Source of the DNA: Abditibacteriaceae bacterium
GTDB lineage: Bacteria > Armatimonadota > Abditibacteriia > Abditibacteriales > Abditibacteriaceae
Direction of reading: 5' to 3'
Assembly: GCA_965277285.1 (NCBI GenBank)
Contig: OZ255721.1
Span: 832,001 to 896,000 of the forward strand
DNA: 64,000 nt
Shown here: piece after piece, positions 1-10,264 of the stretch
Layout: the number at the start of each line of letters is the position of its first letter
How positions within the stretch are numbered: position 1 is the first letter of the stretch
Position numbers and translations under genes: made by a program
Notes under the pieces: generated by a model
Database searches by the model: none
The model's input: only the letters and a program-made list of their open reading frames with translations
Told to the model about the DNA's origin: nothing

Positions 1-28
1 CGATGGTGCTGAATTATAAGGAACAACG

Positions 29-469
29 ATGCGCGTTAAGAAACTGATTTTGTCGGCATTGCTTGCCCTTCTCTTCTTCTTTGCGGTTCAACGCTGGAGA
101 ACTTTTCAGCGGAATCGTGACGAGTTTCGGCGCGACAAATTGAGAGATGTCGCTTTCACGCTGGCGGGCGCCAATACGACGGATTGCGGTCGCGTCGCCA
201 AAGGTTCATCTTCCGATGGCGAATACGATGTCGCACAGTCACAGGAAACCGTTGATGGTTGCGCGGTCGCCGCCTTCAAAGCGCGCAAACCGTTCGTCGC
301 TCGCTTCGATATGGACACAAAACCTTCTTATCAAGCGTTTGTCGGCACGGGGCAAGGCCAGCTTTACGTCATTTCTACGAACCAGCCAAATATCATCAGC
401 ACGATGCAGCGAAGTTTGATCGCCAAACCGCAAATCGTTCGGCTAAATGGACACGATCAACTTCGTTGA
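29..469 (+). CDS. hypothetical protein with N-terminal membrane anchor/signal
   Basis: 146 aa ORF, AAGGA RBS upstream, hydrophobic N-terminus. Confidence 0.6.
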   Translation: MRVKKLILSALLALLFFFAVQRWRTFQRNRDEFRRDKLRDVAFTLAGANTTDCGRVAKGSSSDGEYDVAQSQETVDGCAVAAFKARKPFVARFDMDTKPSYQAFVGTGQGQLYVISTNQPNIISTMQRSLIAKPQIVRLNGHDQLR

Positions 470-475
470 AGTGAA

Positions 476-904
476 TTGAGATACGCGGTTTTGGATAGAG
501 GTTTCAAATTTTTGAAGCGTTTTATGAAGTGGAACCGGAAAAATGAGCGATGGCAGCACCTTTTGGAAGAAGAAACACGGCGACTTACAGCGCTTCCGCC
601 GGAAGAGTTGCGCGCGTTAAAAAACTTCACATTGTGCAAAATCTCGAACGCTTTTAATTACGGTCTCTGGCATTTGGTGCAGACGAAAAGTATCACATCC
701 GAACCCGAAAAAACTCATGCCCAGGCGCAGATAAATCACGCACATGGAATTGTCGATGCTGAACACGAAATTCACTGCTTTGTTCTGCAAGCTCAGCGAA
801 AGTGGTTTCTCGGCATTTACCAAAATTATCTGGCAGGTTTTGCGCTTGATAGTGCAGACCAAATCGTTCCAATTGCCGATGATATTCTTTATTCCTATGA
901 CTGA
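476..904 (+). CDS. hypothetical protein (start may be the ATG at 524)
   Basis: ORF directly downstream of the previous gene; no recognised motif. Confidence 0.45.
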   Translation: MRYAVLDRGFKFLKRFMKWNRKNERWQHLLEEETRRLTALPPEELRALKNFTLCKISNAFNYGLWHLVQTKSITSEPEKTHAQAQINHAHGIVDAEHEIHCFVLQAQRKWFLGIYQNYLAGFALDSADQIVPIADDILYSYD

Positions 905-1003
905 TTTACCGAAATTAAATCCCGAATAAAAGCGTCATCGTTCACAAACCTCAATCGAGTACTCGATTCGCCAACGCAACGCGCGCGACGGGTCAAGCGT
1001 TCA

Positions 1004-2503
1004 ATGGGAACTTCGAGGAACGTGCAACCAAACAGAGTTTCCATTGGCGGTGAAATGGCAGATCAGTCGGCGGAGTTGATGGCGTGCGCAAAGCGCCTGA
1101 GTTTTCCCGAACCTTTCGAGGAGCAGTTCCGCGAGGATTATTACCATAAATCCATCGGGCTTTGTCGCGGCGCATTGGCCGCCTCAGTCTTCATTTTCAT
1201 GTTGTTCGGCGTGCTCGATCCGTACACCATTCCCTCGTCGCTTCATAAAATCTGGTTCATTCGCTACGGTCTGGTGGCGCCGTTTTGCCTGGCGATAGTC
1301 GTGCTCAGCTTTTTGCCGCGATTGCACCGTTTCATGCAGCCCGCGATGAGTGCCGGTTTGCTGGCGACCGGCGGCGGTTTGCTGGGCATGGTTTTGCTGT
1401 CCAAGCCCACGGAACTGGGTTTCATACTTTATCCATTAGGGCTTTTGCTGGTCGTCATGGTCGGATATTCGTTTTTGCGATTGCGCTTCTGGTACGCGAC
1501 GTTTTCCAACCTGCTGCTGGCCGTCACATATTTCGTTTGCGCCTTGTGGATTCAGAATATTCTTCATTTGCCCAACGGTTTGCCGGTTTTTGTGTCCAAT
1601 GGTTTTTTTATTTGCGGCGCCAACATCGTCGGCATGGCTTCCTGTTATTTTCTGGAATTGTATGCGCGCCGCGTTTTCGTCGTCAATTATCTGCTCGATG
1701 AGGAGCGCAAAGGCGAACGGCAACAGCGCGAAAAAACCGAGGCGATGCTGAAGATTTTGAGCCAGGCGATTGGCGGCATCGTGCACGATCTGGGAAACCC
1801 GCTGACGACGATTCAAATGGGCGCGCAAACCATGCAATCGTTTCTCGAAATGGGCGAGGCCGATCCCGCGACGCTGGGCGAATTGTCGGGCATGATCGTT
1901 GGCGGCACGCAAATGCTCGATCACCTGCGCTTGTCGTTGATGGAACAAACGCGCGTTCTCGAAGGCCTGCCGATTCCCGTCAACTTGCAGCCGACTTCTC
2001 TGCGCGGAGTCATCGAAGCGGGCGTGCAATATCAAAAACCGCGCTTCATTCATGGACGCCAGGTCGTTTTAAGCGGCGAAGAACACGAAGTTTCGGTCGA
2101 CTCGATGAAGCTGACCAGCGTTTTTATGAACTTGATTGGCAACGCTCTCAAATACAGCGACGGCAAAGTTCATGTCGCGTGGAAGATGACCGACAAGCAT
2201 TTGATGATTTCCATCGCCGATCAAGGGCGCGACGGACGCGGTCTTTCGCAAGCGCAAGCGGAACGACTTTTTGTGGCCTTTGGACGCCTGGAAAATCATG
2301 CAGAAATCGAAGGCACCGGTTTGGGTTTGCTTTCGGTGCGACGCATCGTCGAAGCGCACGGCGGCGAAGTTTTCGTCGAAGGCCGCGCCGAAAACGTGCC
2401 GAAGTCCACCATTTTTACGACCGCGCAAAACTCTTATCCGTCGATGCTGCATCTCGATTTCCGCACCGCTTTCGTCGTCACGATTCCCGCACCAACGGCA
2501 TAA
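1004..2503 (+). CDS. membrane-bound sensor histidine kinase (start possibly 1055)
   Basis: Multiple TM helices, H-box VHDLGNPL, N-box NLIGNALKYS, DQG, G2 GTGLGL. Confidence 0.9.
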   Translation: MGTSRNVQPNRVSIGGEMADQSAELMACAKRLSFPEPFEEQFREDYYHKSIGLCRGALAASVFIFMLFGVLDPYTIPSSLHKIWFIRYGLVAPFCLAIVVLSFLPRLHRFMQPAMSAGLLATGGGLLGMVLLSKPTELGFILYPLGLLLVVMVGYSFLRLRFWYATFSNLLLAVTYFVCALWIQNILHLPNGLPVFVSNGFFICGANIVGMASCYFLELYARRVFVVNYLLDEERKGERQQREKTEAMLKILSQAIGGIVHDLGNPLTTIQMGAQTMQSFLEMGEADPATLGELSGMIVGGTQMLDHLRLSLMEQTRVLEGLPIPVNLQPTSLRGVIEAGVQYQKPRFIHGRQVVLSGEEHEVSVDSMKLTSVFMNLIGNALKYSDGKVHVAWKMTDKHLMISIADQGRDGRGLSQAQAERLFVAFGRLENHAEIEGTGLGLLSVRRIVEAHGGEVFVEGRAENVPKSTIFTTAQNSYPSMLHLDFRTAFVVTIPAPTA

Positions 2504-2610
2504 CTTCAATTGTCGTTCAAGGTGCAAACGGCATTTCGAGTACTCGATTGTGTCGAATGCAGCGTTCTGTCGGACTAATTATTAACCATTGCGCTTGACC
2601 AAAACGGGTT

Positions 2611-3105
2611 TCATTGAGGATCAAGGCCAGTTAAATACTGTTGGCAATCCGAAGTAGTTTGGCCATCGCCAGCATAATTAGTTGGATTGTAATATCGCAT
2701 CATATTGCTGTAGTAACGCAGGTCGGCCAAGGGCTGGCTGCCTCGAAAGAAGATCAGGCAATGTTTACTGTAACTTGAAGCTACGCAGGCAGAGGTATCA
2801 CGCTTGAACCAGTGATTGGTATCCAGCGCAGCAACCAAGGACTTGAGCTTTGCCTCTCGCAGAATCAATTGCGCCGGCTTAGTAGCTATCGATTGGTGGA
2901 AGAGAGCGACATTTTCTGGATCATCAGGACAACTTGGATCAATGACTTGAGTGTAAAGCCTCGCTTCGGTGGCCACAGAAAGACTTGCACGCAACTTCAA
3001 TGTTGCTGCGCTTGGTGGAGCTACCGGCTCCCTTTTGAGGAAAAAGCCCAGCACGCCAAACGCCGTCACCGATACTCCAATTAAAATTGCTACTTTCAGT
3101 TTCAT
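2611..3105 (-). CDS. hypothetical exported protein, lower GC
   Basis: 164 aa ORF with N-terminal hydrophobic segment. Confidence 0.55.
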   Translation of the reverse strand: MKLKVAILIGVSVTAFGVLGFFLKREPVAPPSAATLKLRASLSVATEARLYTQVIDPSCPDDPENVALFHQSIATKPAQLILREAKLKSLVAALDTNHWFKRDTSACVASSYSKHCLIFFRGSQPLADLRYYSNMMRYYNPTNYAGDGQTTSDCQQYLTGLDPQ

Positions 3106-3213
3106 GCGTTCTATTTTCTCTCATTGCTGTGATGACTCGCTATAAAGTCGCCCGCAACCAGATTCGAGTATCTCGATTGGCACCAACACGAGCGCGGTTT
3201 CTGACATAATCAG

Positions 3214-4872
3214 TTGGTGATTTCTTCCCGTCTTCGCTGGATTCCACTCATTTTGTTCGTCGTCGCTTTCGCCGTTCGTGTCATCGGCTTGAGTTGGGGT
3301 TTGCCGACGAGCGAACGATTTTACTCGTATCATCCTGATGAGCGACAAATGCTGGGCGCGATTGCCAGCGTTTTAGGTGGCGATCTCAATCCGCATTTTT
3401 TCAATTATCCCAGCCTCTTCATTTACCTGGCGACGCTGGTGCATTTTGTGGCGAGCGGCTTTTTCGCGTCCGGCACCAGCGTGTGGGCGCTGTCGCACGA
3501 TGTTCTGCTTCATGCGCGATTTCTTGGCGCCTTGTTCGGCGCGCTGACAGTTCCCGTTGTGTTCGGTTTGGGACGCGAAATCGGTGGCATCAAAGTCGGA
3601 GTTTTGGCGGCGCTTTTTGTGTGTTTCGCGCCAGCGCACGTTCAGCATTCGCATTTTGCGACGGTTGATGTGGCGGCCATGTTCTGGGTCGCGCTGTCGA
3701 TTCTTTTCGCCACGCGCGCTTTGAAGCCAGAAGATCCTGCGACGAAACTTTTGCTGCTCTCTGCTTTGTGCGCCGGTCTGGGTGTGGCCACCAAATACAA
3801 TGCTGTCCTGGTTTTGATCGCGCCAATTGTCGCTGCTTTTCTCATCGAGTACTCGAATGGGACAATTGCGAAACGTGCACAATTAACGCTTAATATCGTT
3901 GGTGTGGCGATTGTCGGATTTTTAATCGGTTGTCCGTTCAGCGTTTTGAGTTTCAAGGAATTTTGGGGCGATAGCAAAAACGTTGGCGTGGCGTATGAAC
4001 TTTTGGTGCATCCCAAGCAGGGCAGCGGCGATATTTTCACGAACACGGGCAATGGTTGGTGGTATCACGCGACGTTCAATCTGCCGTTTGTGCTAACGGC
4101 GCCGGTTGCGATTGCGGCGTTTTGCGGCATCGGTTTGGTGTTGACCAGAATGCTTGGGACGCGCAAAACGGGTTTCAGTGACAATCGAGTACTCGTTCCG
4201 ACTGTGGCGTTTGCGCTGCTTTATTTTGGCACTTTGGGATTGTCTCAAGTGCGTTTTCTGCGCTATGTTTTGCCGCTGGTTCCCGCGCTGGCGATTTTCG
4301 CGGCGTTGTTCGTCAAATTCCTCGCCACAAAATTGAGAAGCCAAAGTTTTGCGACGGGCATTGCCGCCATTTTATTGCTTGTCTGCGCGATAGGAACGTT
4401 TGACGTTGTGTGGCCTTTGACGCAAACCGATCCGCGCGATCAGGCGAAACATTGGATGGATGCGCAAAACGACGCGACGCCGCTTTCCGTTGGCCTGGCC
4501 GATGCGCAAACGCCTTTGTGGTTTTATACGCCGCCGTTTTGGTCGCACGATGCGCCGCCAGGTTCGCCGTTTTCGTGGCAAGACGAAAAATATGTGCCAC
4601 GCAATCCGCGCTACGATTTGCGCGCGCTTGGTTTGGATGCGTCGGCTTTGCAGAAAAATCGTCCGCGCTATTTCGTATGGAGCGAATTTCAATGGCGCGA
4701 ACGCGAACGTTTGAATGATCTTTCGGTCGCACAATTGCGACGACAATTGGCAATCGAGTACTCGATGCGCTCTTTTCATAACGAAACGCCGCTGCAACTT
4801 CCAGGACGCGCTTTGGTGCCGCACGATTTTCTTTATACCAATCCGCGCGTCGAAGTGTGGGCGCGCAAATAA
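3214..4872 (+). CDS. GT-C fold glycosyltransferase (ArnT/PMT-like, family 39/83-like)
   Basis: HPDE motif, many TM helices, TKYN, RYVLP. Confidence 0.85.
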   Translation: MVISSRLRWIPLILFVVAFAVRVIGLSWGLPTSERFYSYHPDERQMLGAIASVLGGDLNPHFFNYPSLFIYLATLVHFVASGFFASGTSVWALSHDVLLHARFLGALFGALTVPVVFGLGREIGGIKVGVLAALFVCFAPAHVQHSHFATVDVAAMFWVALSILFATRALKPEDPATKLLLLSALCAGLGVATKYNAVLVLIAPIVAAFLIEYSNGTIAKRAQLTLNIVGVAIVGFLIGCPFSVLSFKEFWGDSKNVGVAYELLVHPKQGSGDIFTNTGNGWWYHATFNLPFVLTAPVAIAAFCGIGLVLTRMLGTRKTGFSDNRVLVPTVAFALLYFGTLGLSQVRFLRYVLPLVPALAIFAALFVKFLATKLRSQSFATGIAAILLLVCAIGTFDVVWPLTQTDPRDQAKHWMDAQNDATPLSVGLADAQTPLWFYTPPFWSHDAPPGSPFSWQDEKYVPRNPRYDLRALGLDASALQKNRPRYFVWSEFQWRERERLNDLSVAQLRRQLAIEYSMRSFHNETPLQLPGRALVPHDFLYTNPRVEVWARK

Positions 4873-4882
4873 ACGTCGTTGC

Positions 4883-4957
4883 AACGAACCCGAAGCGTGA
4901 GCGACGGGGCTTTCATTAAAATCATGCAAGACCCGTCGCTCACGCTTCGGGTTCGTT
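4883..4957. repeat. REP-like inverted repeat, family A (CGAACCCGAAGCGTGAGCG...)
   Basis: About 25 bp arms; related copies at 42985, 45194 and 52641. Confidence 0.85.
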
Positions 4958-5026
4958 TGGATGTTGACGATACCGTTGTCAACATCTAAAATAGGAAGGT
5001 TCTTTCAACAAAGATATGAGGTTTTT

Positions 5027-6325
5027 ATGGGTTCGTTAGTCGTGGTTGGAGCGCAGTGGGGCGATGAAGGCAAAGGGCGCGTCGTCGATTTATTGAGCGA
5101 AAACGCCGATGTGGTGGCGCGTTTTCAGGGCGGCGCGAACGCCGGTCACACCATCGTCGCCGAGGGCGTCGAATATATTTTGCACTTGATTCCAAGTGGC
5201 ATCGTGCGCGGCAAAATCTGCCTAATTGGCAACGGCGTCGTTATCGATTTGCCGACGCTCTTCGAGGAAATGGAAACCGTCGAAAAGCAAGGCATTGTGC
5301 TCAAAGACAAATTGTTTATTAGCGACCGCGCGCACTTAACTTTGCCATATCATCGTTTGCTGGACGCCGAGCGCGAAGCGTCCAATCCGGCGCGTAAAAT
5401 TGGTACGACAATGCGCGGCATCGGGCCGACATACGTCGATAAAATGATGCGCATCGGTGTGCGCGTCGGCGACTTGTTCGAGCCGGAAGTGTTGGCCGAA
5501 AAAATCGCCGCCAACTGGGAAGAAAAAACCCACGGCTTGGGACATCTGACCGAAGAACAGCGTCCGCACCCGGATCGAGTACTCGAAAGCTATTTAGAAT
5601 ACGCTGAACGCTTGAGACCTTTCGTGCGCGATTGCACCTTGATTTTGGAAAAGGCGCGGCGTGCGAATCAAAACATTTTGTTTGAAGGCGCGCAAGGCAC
5701 CGGACTCGACATCGACTTTGGAACTTATCCTTATGTGACGAGTTCCAACACGATTGCGGGCGGCGCGTGTACTGGCGCCGGTGTCGGGCCAACGAGCATC
5801 GATCATGTCGCGGGCATCGCCAAAGCGTACACAACGCGCGTCGGCGAAGGGCCGTTTCCGACTTTGATGGAAAGCGAAACCGAAGAGCGTTGTCGCCAGA
5901 TCGGACACGAATTTGGCGCCACGACCGGACGCAAACGTTTGTGCGGCTGGTTCGATGCGAGCTTGGTGCGCCACGCCGCGCGCGTCAATGGACTGAGCAG
6001 TTTGATTATCACGAAGTTGGATGTGCTGGACAGTTTCGAGCAGATCAAGATTTGCACGGGCTACAAGCGCAAAGGAGAAATGGTCGAAGGTTTTCCGTCT
6101 TCGCTGCGCGTTTTGAGCGAGTGCGAGCCAGTCTACGAAACCTTGCCGGGCTGGAAAACGCCGACTGGACAAGCGCGCACGATGCACGATCTGCCGGACA
6201 ATGCGCGGCGCTACATCGAGCGACTGGAAGAAGTCACGCAGGTTCCGGTTTCGCTGGTTTCGGTCAGCCCGTCGCGCGAAAGTTACATCGCGCTGGACGA
6301 ATCGCTTTTGACTTACAATTATTGA
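5027..6325 (+). CDS. purA: adenylosuccinate synthetase
   Basis: GAQWGDEGKG, GGANAGHT, EGAQG, GTYPYVTSS, EFGATTGR. Confidence 0.98.
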   Translation: MGSLVVVGAQWGDEGKGRVVDLLSENADVVARFQGGANAGHTIVAEGVEYILHLIPSGIVRGKICLIGNGVVIDLPTLFEEMETVEKQGIVLKDKLFISDRAHLTLPYHRLLDAEREASNPARKIGTTMRGIGPTYVDKMMRIGVRVGDLFEPEVLAEKIAANWEEKTHGLGHLTEEQRPHPDRVLESYLEYAERLRPFVRDCTLILEKARRANQNILFEGAQGTGLDIDFGTYPYVTSSNTIAGGACTGAGVGPTSIDHVAGIAKAYTTRVGEGPFPTLMESETEERCRQIGHEFGATTGRKRLCGWFDASLVRHAARVNGLSSLIITKLDVLDSFEQIKICTGYKRKGEMVEGFPSSLRVLSECEPVYETLPGWKTPTGQARTMHDLPDNARRYIERLEEVTQVPVSLVSVSPSRESYIALDESLLTYNY

Positions 6326-6339
6326 ATTTGCAGGAGCGG

Positions 6340-6377
6340 AAAGGGCAATCGAGTACTCGATTGCCCTTTTTATTTGG
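6340..6377 (+). terminator. intrinsic terminator built on a 30-bp perfect palindrome centred on TCGAGTACTCGA
   Basis: aaagggcaatcgagtactcgattgcccttt followed by a T-rich tract, just after purA. Confidence 0.75.
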
Positions 6378-6443
6378 CGGATGATTGGTGTCTTTGCGCG
6401 CCGCGCTTTGTCGAGATTTGTCTGCATCGTATTTGATGCGGTG

Positions 6444-6470
6444 TTTGAGTCTGGGGCGTTCGTGGTATAA
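6444..6470 (+). promoter_or_regulatory. putative sigma70 promoter with extended -10 (TGGTATAAT)
   Basis: TTTGAG..TGGTATAAT upstream of the S8 protease gene. Confidence 0.5.
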
Positions 6471-6505
6471 TGATGTCACTCATTCGTGTAATCAAGGAAT
6501 TTGTC

Positions 6506-9500
6506 ATGAGTAACTCTTCAAGCAGCAACAGCGCACCCCGTTTTCTGCGCGCTTCCGCGGCTTTTGCACTTAAAATAGGTGCTGCTGCGCTCGCGTTGGG
6601 AACGATGGGCGCGCTCTCGAAATCTGCTTCAGCGGCTGAAACCGTTCAGGCTTTACGAACTTACAAAGGCTCCGAATTATTGGTGACCTTCAAAAGCGGC
6701 GCTGCCTCGCAGGGTTCGCATATCAGCAACTTGCGCGTCGGGGCGAAAGGCGTTGAATCGTATCCGATGTTTCGCACCCAAAAAGTCGCGCTGCCCGCTG
6801 GCATGACGGTCGCGCAGGCGATTTCTTTGTACAGCCAGGATCCAAACGTCCTCCTGGCACAACCGAACTACCGCTACAAACTGCTGAGCACGCCAAATTA
6901 TTTGCCGTGGGTTGGCAATCCAAGTGATAGCAGTGGTGGTGGCGGTACTGGTGGCGGCACAACTTCCAGCAATACCGTGAAGCCGAACGATCCGCTTTAT
7001 GGCAGTCAATATGCGCTGAAGAAGATCAGCGCACCGCAGGCGTGGAAGATCACAACGGGTAGAGGCGATGTCGTAGTTGCAGTACTCGATTCCGGCATTC
7101 GTTACACGCATCAAGACTTGAGCGCCAACATTTGGAACAACGTATTGCGTACAGTCAACGGAGCGCCACAAGGCGAAATTCCGGGCAACGGCATCGATGA
7201 CGATGGCAACGGCTATATCGACGATTATCATGGCATCAATGCCGTGGCGGGTAATTCCGATCCCAATGACGATAATGGTCATGGCACACATGTTTCCGGT
7301 ATTATTGGCGCCGTTGGCAATAACAAAATTGGAGTTACTGGTGTCAACTGGAAGGTTCAGTTGATGGCCTTGAAGTGCTTTGGCGCTGATGGCACAGGAA
7401 CAACCGCCAATATCATTACGGGCTTGCAATACGCGATTGACATGAAGACTAATCGTGGTGTCAACCTGCGCGTTATCAACTGCAGCTTCGGCTCAGCGGA
7501 AGTTCTGGGACAAGCGGCTGATCCATTGGAAATGCAAGCTTTCAGCGCAGCCGGTGACGCTGGCATTTTGGTCACAGCCGCAGCTGGCAACGATGGACAA
7601 GATAACGCCAACGTGGCGAATTTTCCGTCGAACTACGCCTTGCCGAACATGATTTCCGTAGCGGCCACCGATCAAAACGACAAGTTGGCCTCGTTCTCCA
7701 ATTATGGCGGACAAACGGTTAACCTTGCGGCGCCGGGCGTCAAGATTCTCAGCACCTACGCGTTTAAGGAAACGGTTGCGCCGACCGCTACGCCAACGGG
7801 GACGGCGGCAGCGACGCCAACCGCAACACCGGTCATCATCGAAATACCCAGTAACAAAGCCTACAAGTACTTGAGTGGCACCTCGATGGCGACGCCTTTC
7901 GTTACTGGGACAGCTGCTTTGATCTGGTCAATGTACCCCAATTTGACGGTCGCACAAGTCAGAAACGAGATTTTGTCCAGTGTTGACGTCTTGCCGAGTC
8001 TGCAAGGCAAAGTTACGACAAACGGGCGCTTGAACGCTTATAGAGCTCTCGTATTTGCTGGAAACGACAACGCTGGTACCGCCAATCCGACACCTACCGG
8101 AACAGCAACGGCGACTGCAACGGCAACGGCGACTGCAACGGCCACTGCAACGGCCACACCTGGCGTTGTCTTGCAACCACCAGTAAGCCCAACAGTACAA
8201 GCTCCAGGTCTGATCGCCTTTGATGCTCTGGGCGATCCAACCCAACGCGACATATTCACCATTGGGCCAAATGGCGGTGCGAAAACAAACATCACCAACA
8301 ACTCGGCAGACGATTTTCAGCCTAATGCTGGTCTGCGCTCGGGCAAACTTGTCTTCACCTCCAATTTGGCAGACGTGACAGGCGCCTTTCAGTCGAGTAA
8401 CAACGAAATCTACATGACGACGATCACGAACAGTGGCGGCGTAACGCCCGCCGTTCGCTTGACGAAGAACAACGTGGACGATTCGGATCCTGCACTGAGC
8501 CCAGACGGAACCAAGGTCGTGTTCGTTTCGGATCGTGACGATGATCCTACTACGGGCGCCGTCGAATACGAACTGTACATGATGAACTTGAACATTCGGG
8601 GAACTGACGGCTATCCTCAGGTGACGCGCCTAACCTACGGCGGTAACTTCCAGCGCAATAACGCTTCATTCTTGCAAGGTCCGATCGATAGTGGCGAAGG
8701 GGCCGTTGAAGACAGCCATAACCCGAACTTGGGACAACCGATCTGGCGTCCTGACGGCCAAGTTATTGCCTTCACCTCAAATCGGCCTATTGTCACAAAT
8801 GGAGTGGTTGAAGCTCGCAACAGCGACATCTACGTGATGACACCCGATGGAGCGAACCAGACCAACCTGACCGCAAACCTGATGACAACGGTTTACACCT
8901 TCAATGAGTCAACAGGTGGCATTAGCTCTACCACGCGACCTGCTGATAACCGGAACCCGACTGTCAGTATTTATGGCCAGATTGCTTTCTCATCGAATGT
9001 CGAAGATGGCGATTCGTATCCGCGTGGCTATGTCACGTATGTAAGTGCCGCCAATAGTTTCGGCTCAGGTGCTGGATTCTACGATCCCCGCGATTTGCCG
9101 AGACAACCAAGTCCCACGGGAGTAACTCCAGTAGACCTAGGTAGTCCTGGAACAAAAGTCACTGGCTATGACTTAGCCACGTTGGGAACTAACAACTACG
9201 ATTTGTATGTTGTCAACTCGAATGGTAACGGGCCGAATGTGCCGCCTGGAGCGCAGCCAACCCCTTCGACTGACACCGTTGTTCCAACAGGCACCTCGAC
9301 TTTCCCAACGTTCTACGTGTTGCGTGGTCTAGTGGTACCGACCCGCATAACGCGCGACTTCCGTGAGTCGGATCGTTCGATTCAGGACCCGGTAGTTTAC
9401 GACTCGAAGGGCGCGCCACAGCCGCGTCAGTATCCCAACGGTAGTGGAGGGTTTGAAGACGCTTACTCCAGCCCAGATCATACCGGATCCTATCTGGTAG

Positions 9501-9847
9501 AAAACATCGAGCCGTCGTTCAGCCCGGATGGTATCTACATTTCCTTCGCCTCGGATCGTCGTCCGATATCGAACCTCTTTCCGAACAATGAGCGCGAAGC
9601 AGACAACAACTTTGATTTGTGGAAGTTGACCACAGACAGCCGCGGTTTGACGCAGTTGACAACGGATACTCCAGTTCGTATCAACTCTCGGGCACGAGTT
9701 TTCCCCTACAACCTCAACCCATCGTGGAGTGCTACTATAGCGACGACAGCGGCTGGTACGTCAACGCCGACAAGCACAACGCCGTCCTCGGTGGCAGAGC
9801 GCACCTTGAGCGATTACATCAACTTGGGACAGGCGCCAAAGTGGTAG
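6506..9847 (+). CDS. secreted S8 (subtilisin-like) serine protease with C-terminal TolB/PD40-like repeats
   Basis: Signal peptide, VAVLDSG, HGTHVSG, GTSMATP triad; T/A/P-rich linkers; PALSPDGTKVVFVS and PSFSPDG repeats; RBS AAGGA before ATG 6506. Confidence 0.92.
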   Translation: MSNSSSSNSAPRFLRASAAFALKIGAAALALGTMGALSKSASAAETVQALRTYKGSELLVTFKSGAASQGSHISNLRVGAKGVESYPMFRTQKVALPAGMTVAQAISLYSQDPNVLLAQPNYRYKLLSTPNYLPWVGNPSDSSGGGGTGGGTTSSNTVKPNDPLYGSQYALKKISAPQAWKITTGRGDVVVAVLDSGIRYTHQDLSANIWNNVLRTVNGAPQGEIPGNGIDDDGNGYIDDYHGINAVAGNSDPNDDNGHGTHVSGIIGAVGNNKIGVTGVNWKVQLMALKCFGADGTGTTANIITGLQYAIDMKTNRGVNLRVINCSFGSAEVLGQAADPLEMQAFSAAGDAGILVTAAAGNDGQDNANVANFPSNYALPNMISVAATDQNDKLASFSNYGGQTVNLAAPGVKILSTYAFKETVAPTATPTGTAAATPTATPVIIEIPSNKAYKYLSGTSMATPFVTGTAALIWSMYPNLTVAQVRNEILSSVDVLPSLQGKVTTNGRLNAYRALVFAGNDNAGTANPTPTGTATATATATATATATATATPGVVLQPPVSPTVQAPGLIAFDALGDPTQRDIFTIGPNGGAKTNITNNSADDFQPNAGLRSGKLVFTSNLADVTGAFQSSNNEIYMTTITNSGGVTPAVRLTKNNVDDSDPALSPDGTKVVFVSDRDDDPTTGAVEYELYMMNLNIRGTDGYPQVTRLTYGGNFQRNNASFLQGPIDSGEGAVEDSHNPNLGQPIWRPDGQVIAFTSNRPIVTNGVVEARNSDIYVMTPDGANQTNLTANLMTTVYTFNESTGGISSTTRPADNRNPTVSIYGQIAFSSNVEDGDSYPRGYVTYVSAANSFGSGAGFYDPRDLPRQPSPTGVTPVDLGSPGTKVTGYDLATLGTNNYDLYVVNSNGNGPNVPPGAQPTPSTDTVVPTGTSTFPTFYVLRGLVVPTRITRDFRESDRSIQDPVVYDSKGAPQPRQYPNGSGGFEDAYSSPDHTGSYLVENIEPSFSPDGIYISFASDRRPISNLFPNNEREADNNFDLWKLTTDSRGLTQLTTDTPVRINSRARVFPYNLNPSWSATIATTAAGTSTPTSTTPSSVAERTLSDYINLGQAPKW
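8101..8160 (+). repeat. 6-bp-period tandem repeat encoding a (Thr-Ala)n linker
   Basis: gcaacg/gcgact repeats encoding TATATATATATATATATAT. Confidence 0.85.
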
Positions 9848-9875
9848 TAATTAACCCGTAAGGTGCAGAACGAAA

Positions 9876-9914
9876 CACAAAAGCGACAGCTCCGAAGAGC
9901 TGTCGCTTTTGTGT
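9876..9914 (+). terminator. intrinsic terminator hairpin
   Basis: acacaaaagcgacagctc-cgaa-gagctgtcgcttttgtgt after the protease stop. Confidence 0.85.
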
Positions 9915-10098
9915 TGTCGCACGAAGACGTACCTGGCCGTCTCCCGCAAATCTTTTCGTGCAAGCAATAAGTTTGAGGAATTTTCGCTATAAACGAACTA
10001 ATGTCTTTACAAACTTGAGGGGAACGGGTAGAATATCTGTTCGCGCGTCGTTGAAAGAATGTCTCGAGGACTCGATTTTTCTGCACTTCAAGTGGCAC

Positions 10099-10171
10099 GG
10101 GCCGGTAGCTCAGTTGGTAGAGCAGGGGACTTTTAATCCCAAGGTCACAGGTTCGATTCCTGTCCGGCCTA
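10099..10171 (+). tRNA. tRNA-Lys (UUU), CCA not encoded
   Basis: GGGCCGG acceptor, D-arm AGCTCAGTTGGTAGAGC, anticodon loop CTTTTAA, T-arm GTTCGATTC, CCGGCCT-A. Confidence 0.95.
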
Positions 10172-10180
10172 TTCTTCATA

Positions 10181-10228
10181 CAAACAACAAAGAGCAAACG
10201 AAGTTTCGTTTGCTCTTTGTTGTTTGTG
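10181..10228. terminator. long hairpin between tRNA-Lys and the convergent gene (bidirectional terminator)
   Basis: caaacaacaaagagcaaacgaa-g-tttcgtttgctctttgttgtttg. Confidence 0.75.
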
Positions 10229-10264
10229 CCCCACCCGTTTCGATTTCTTCTATTTGATCTGGTG

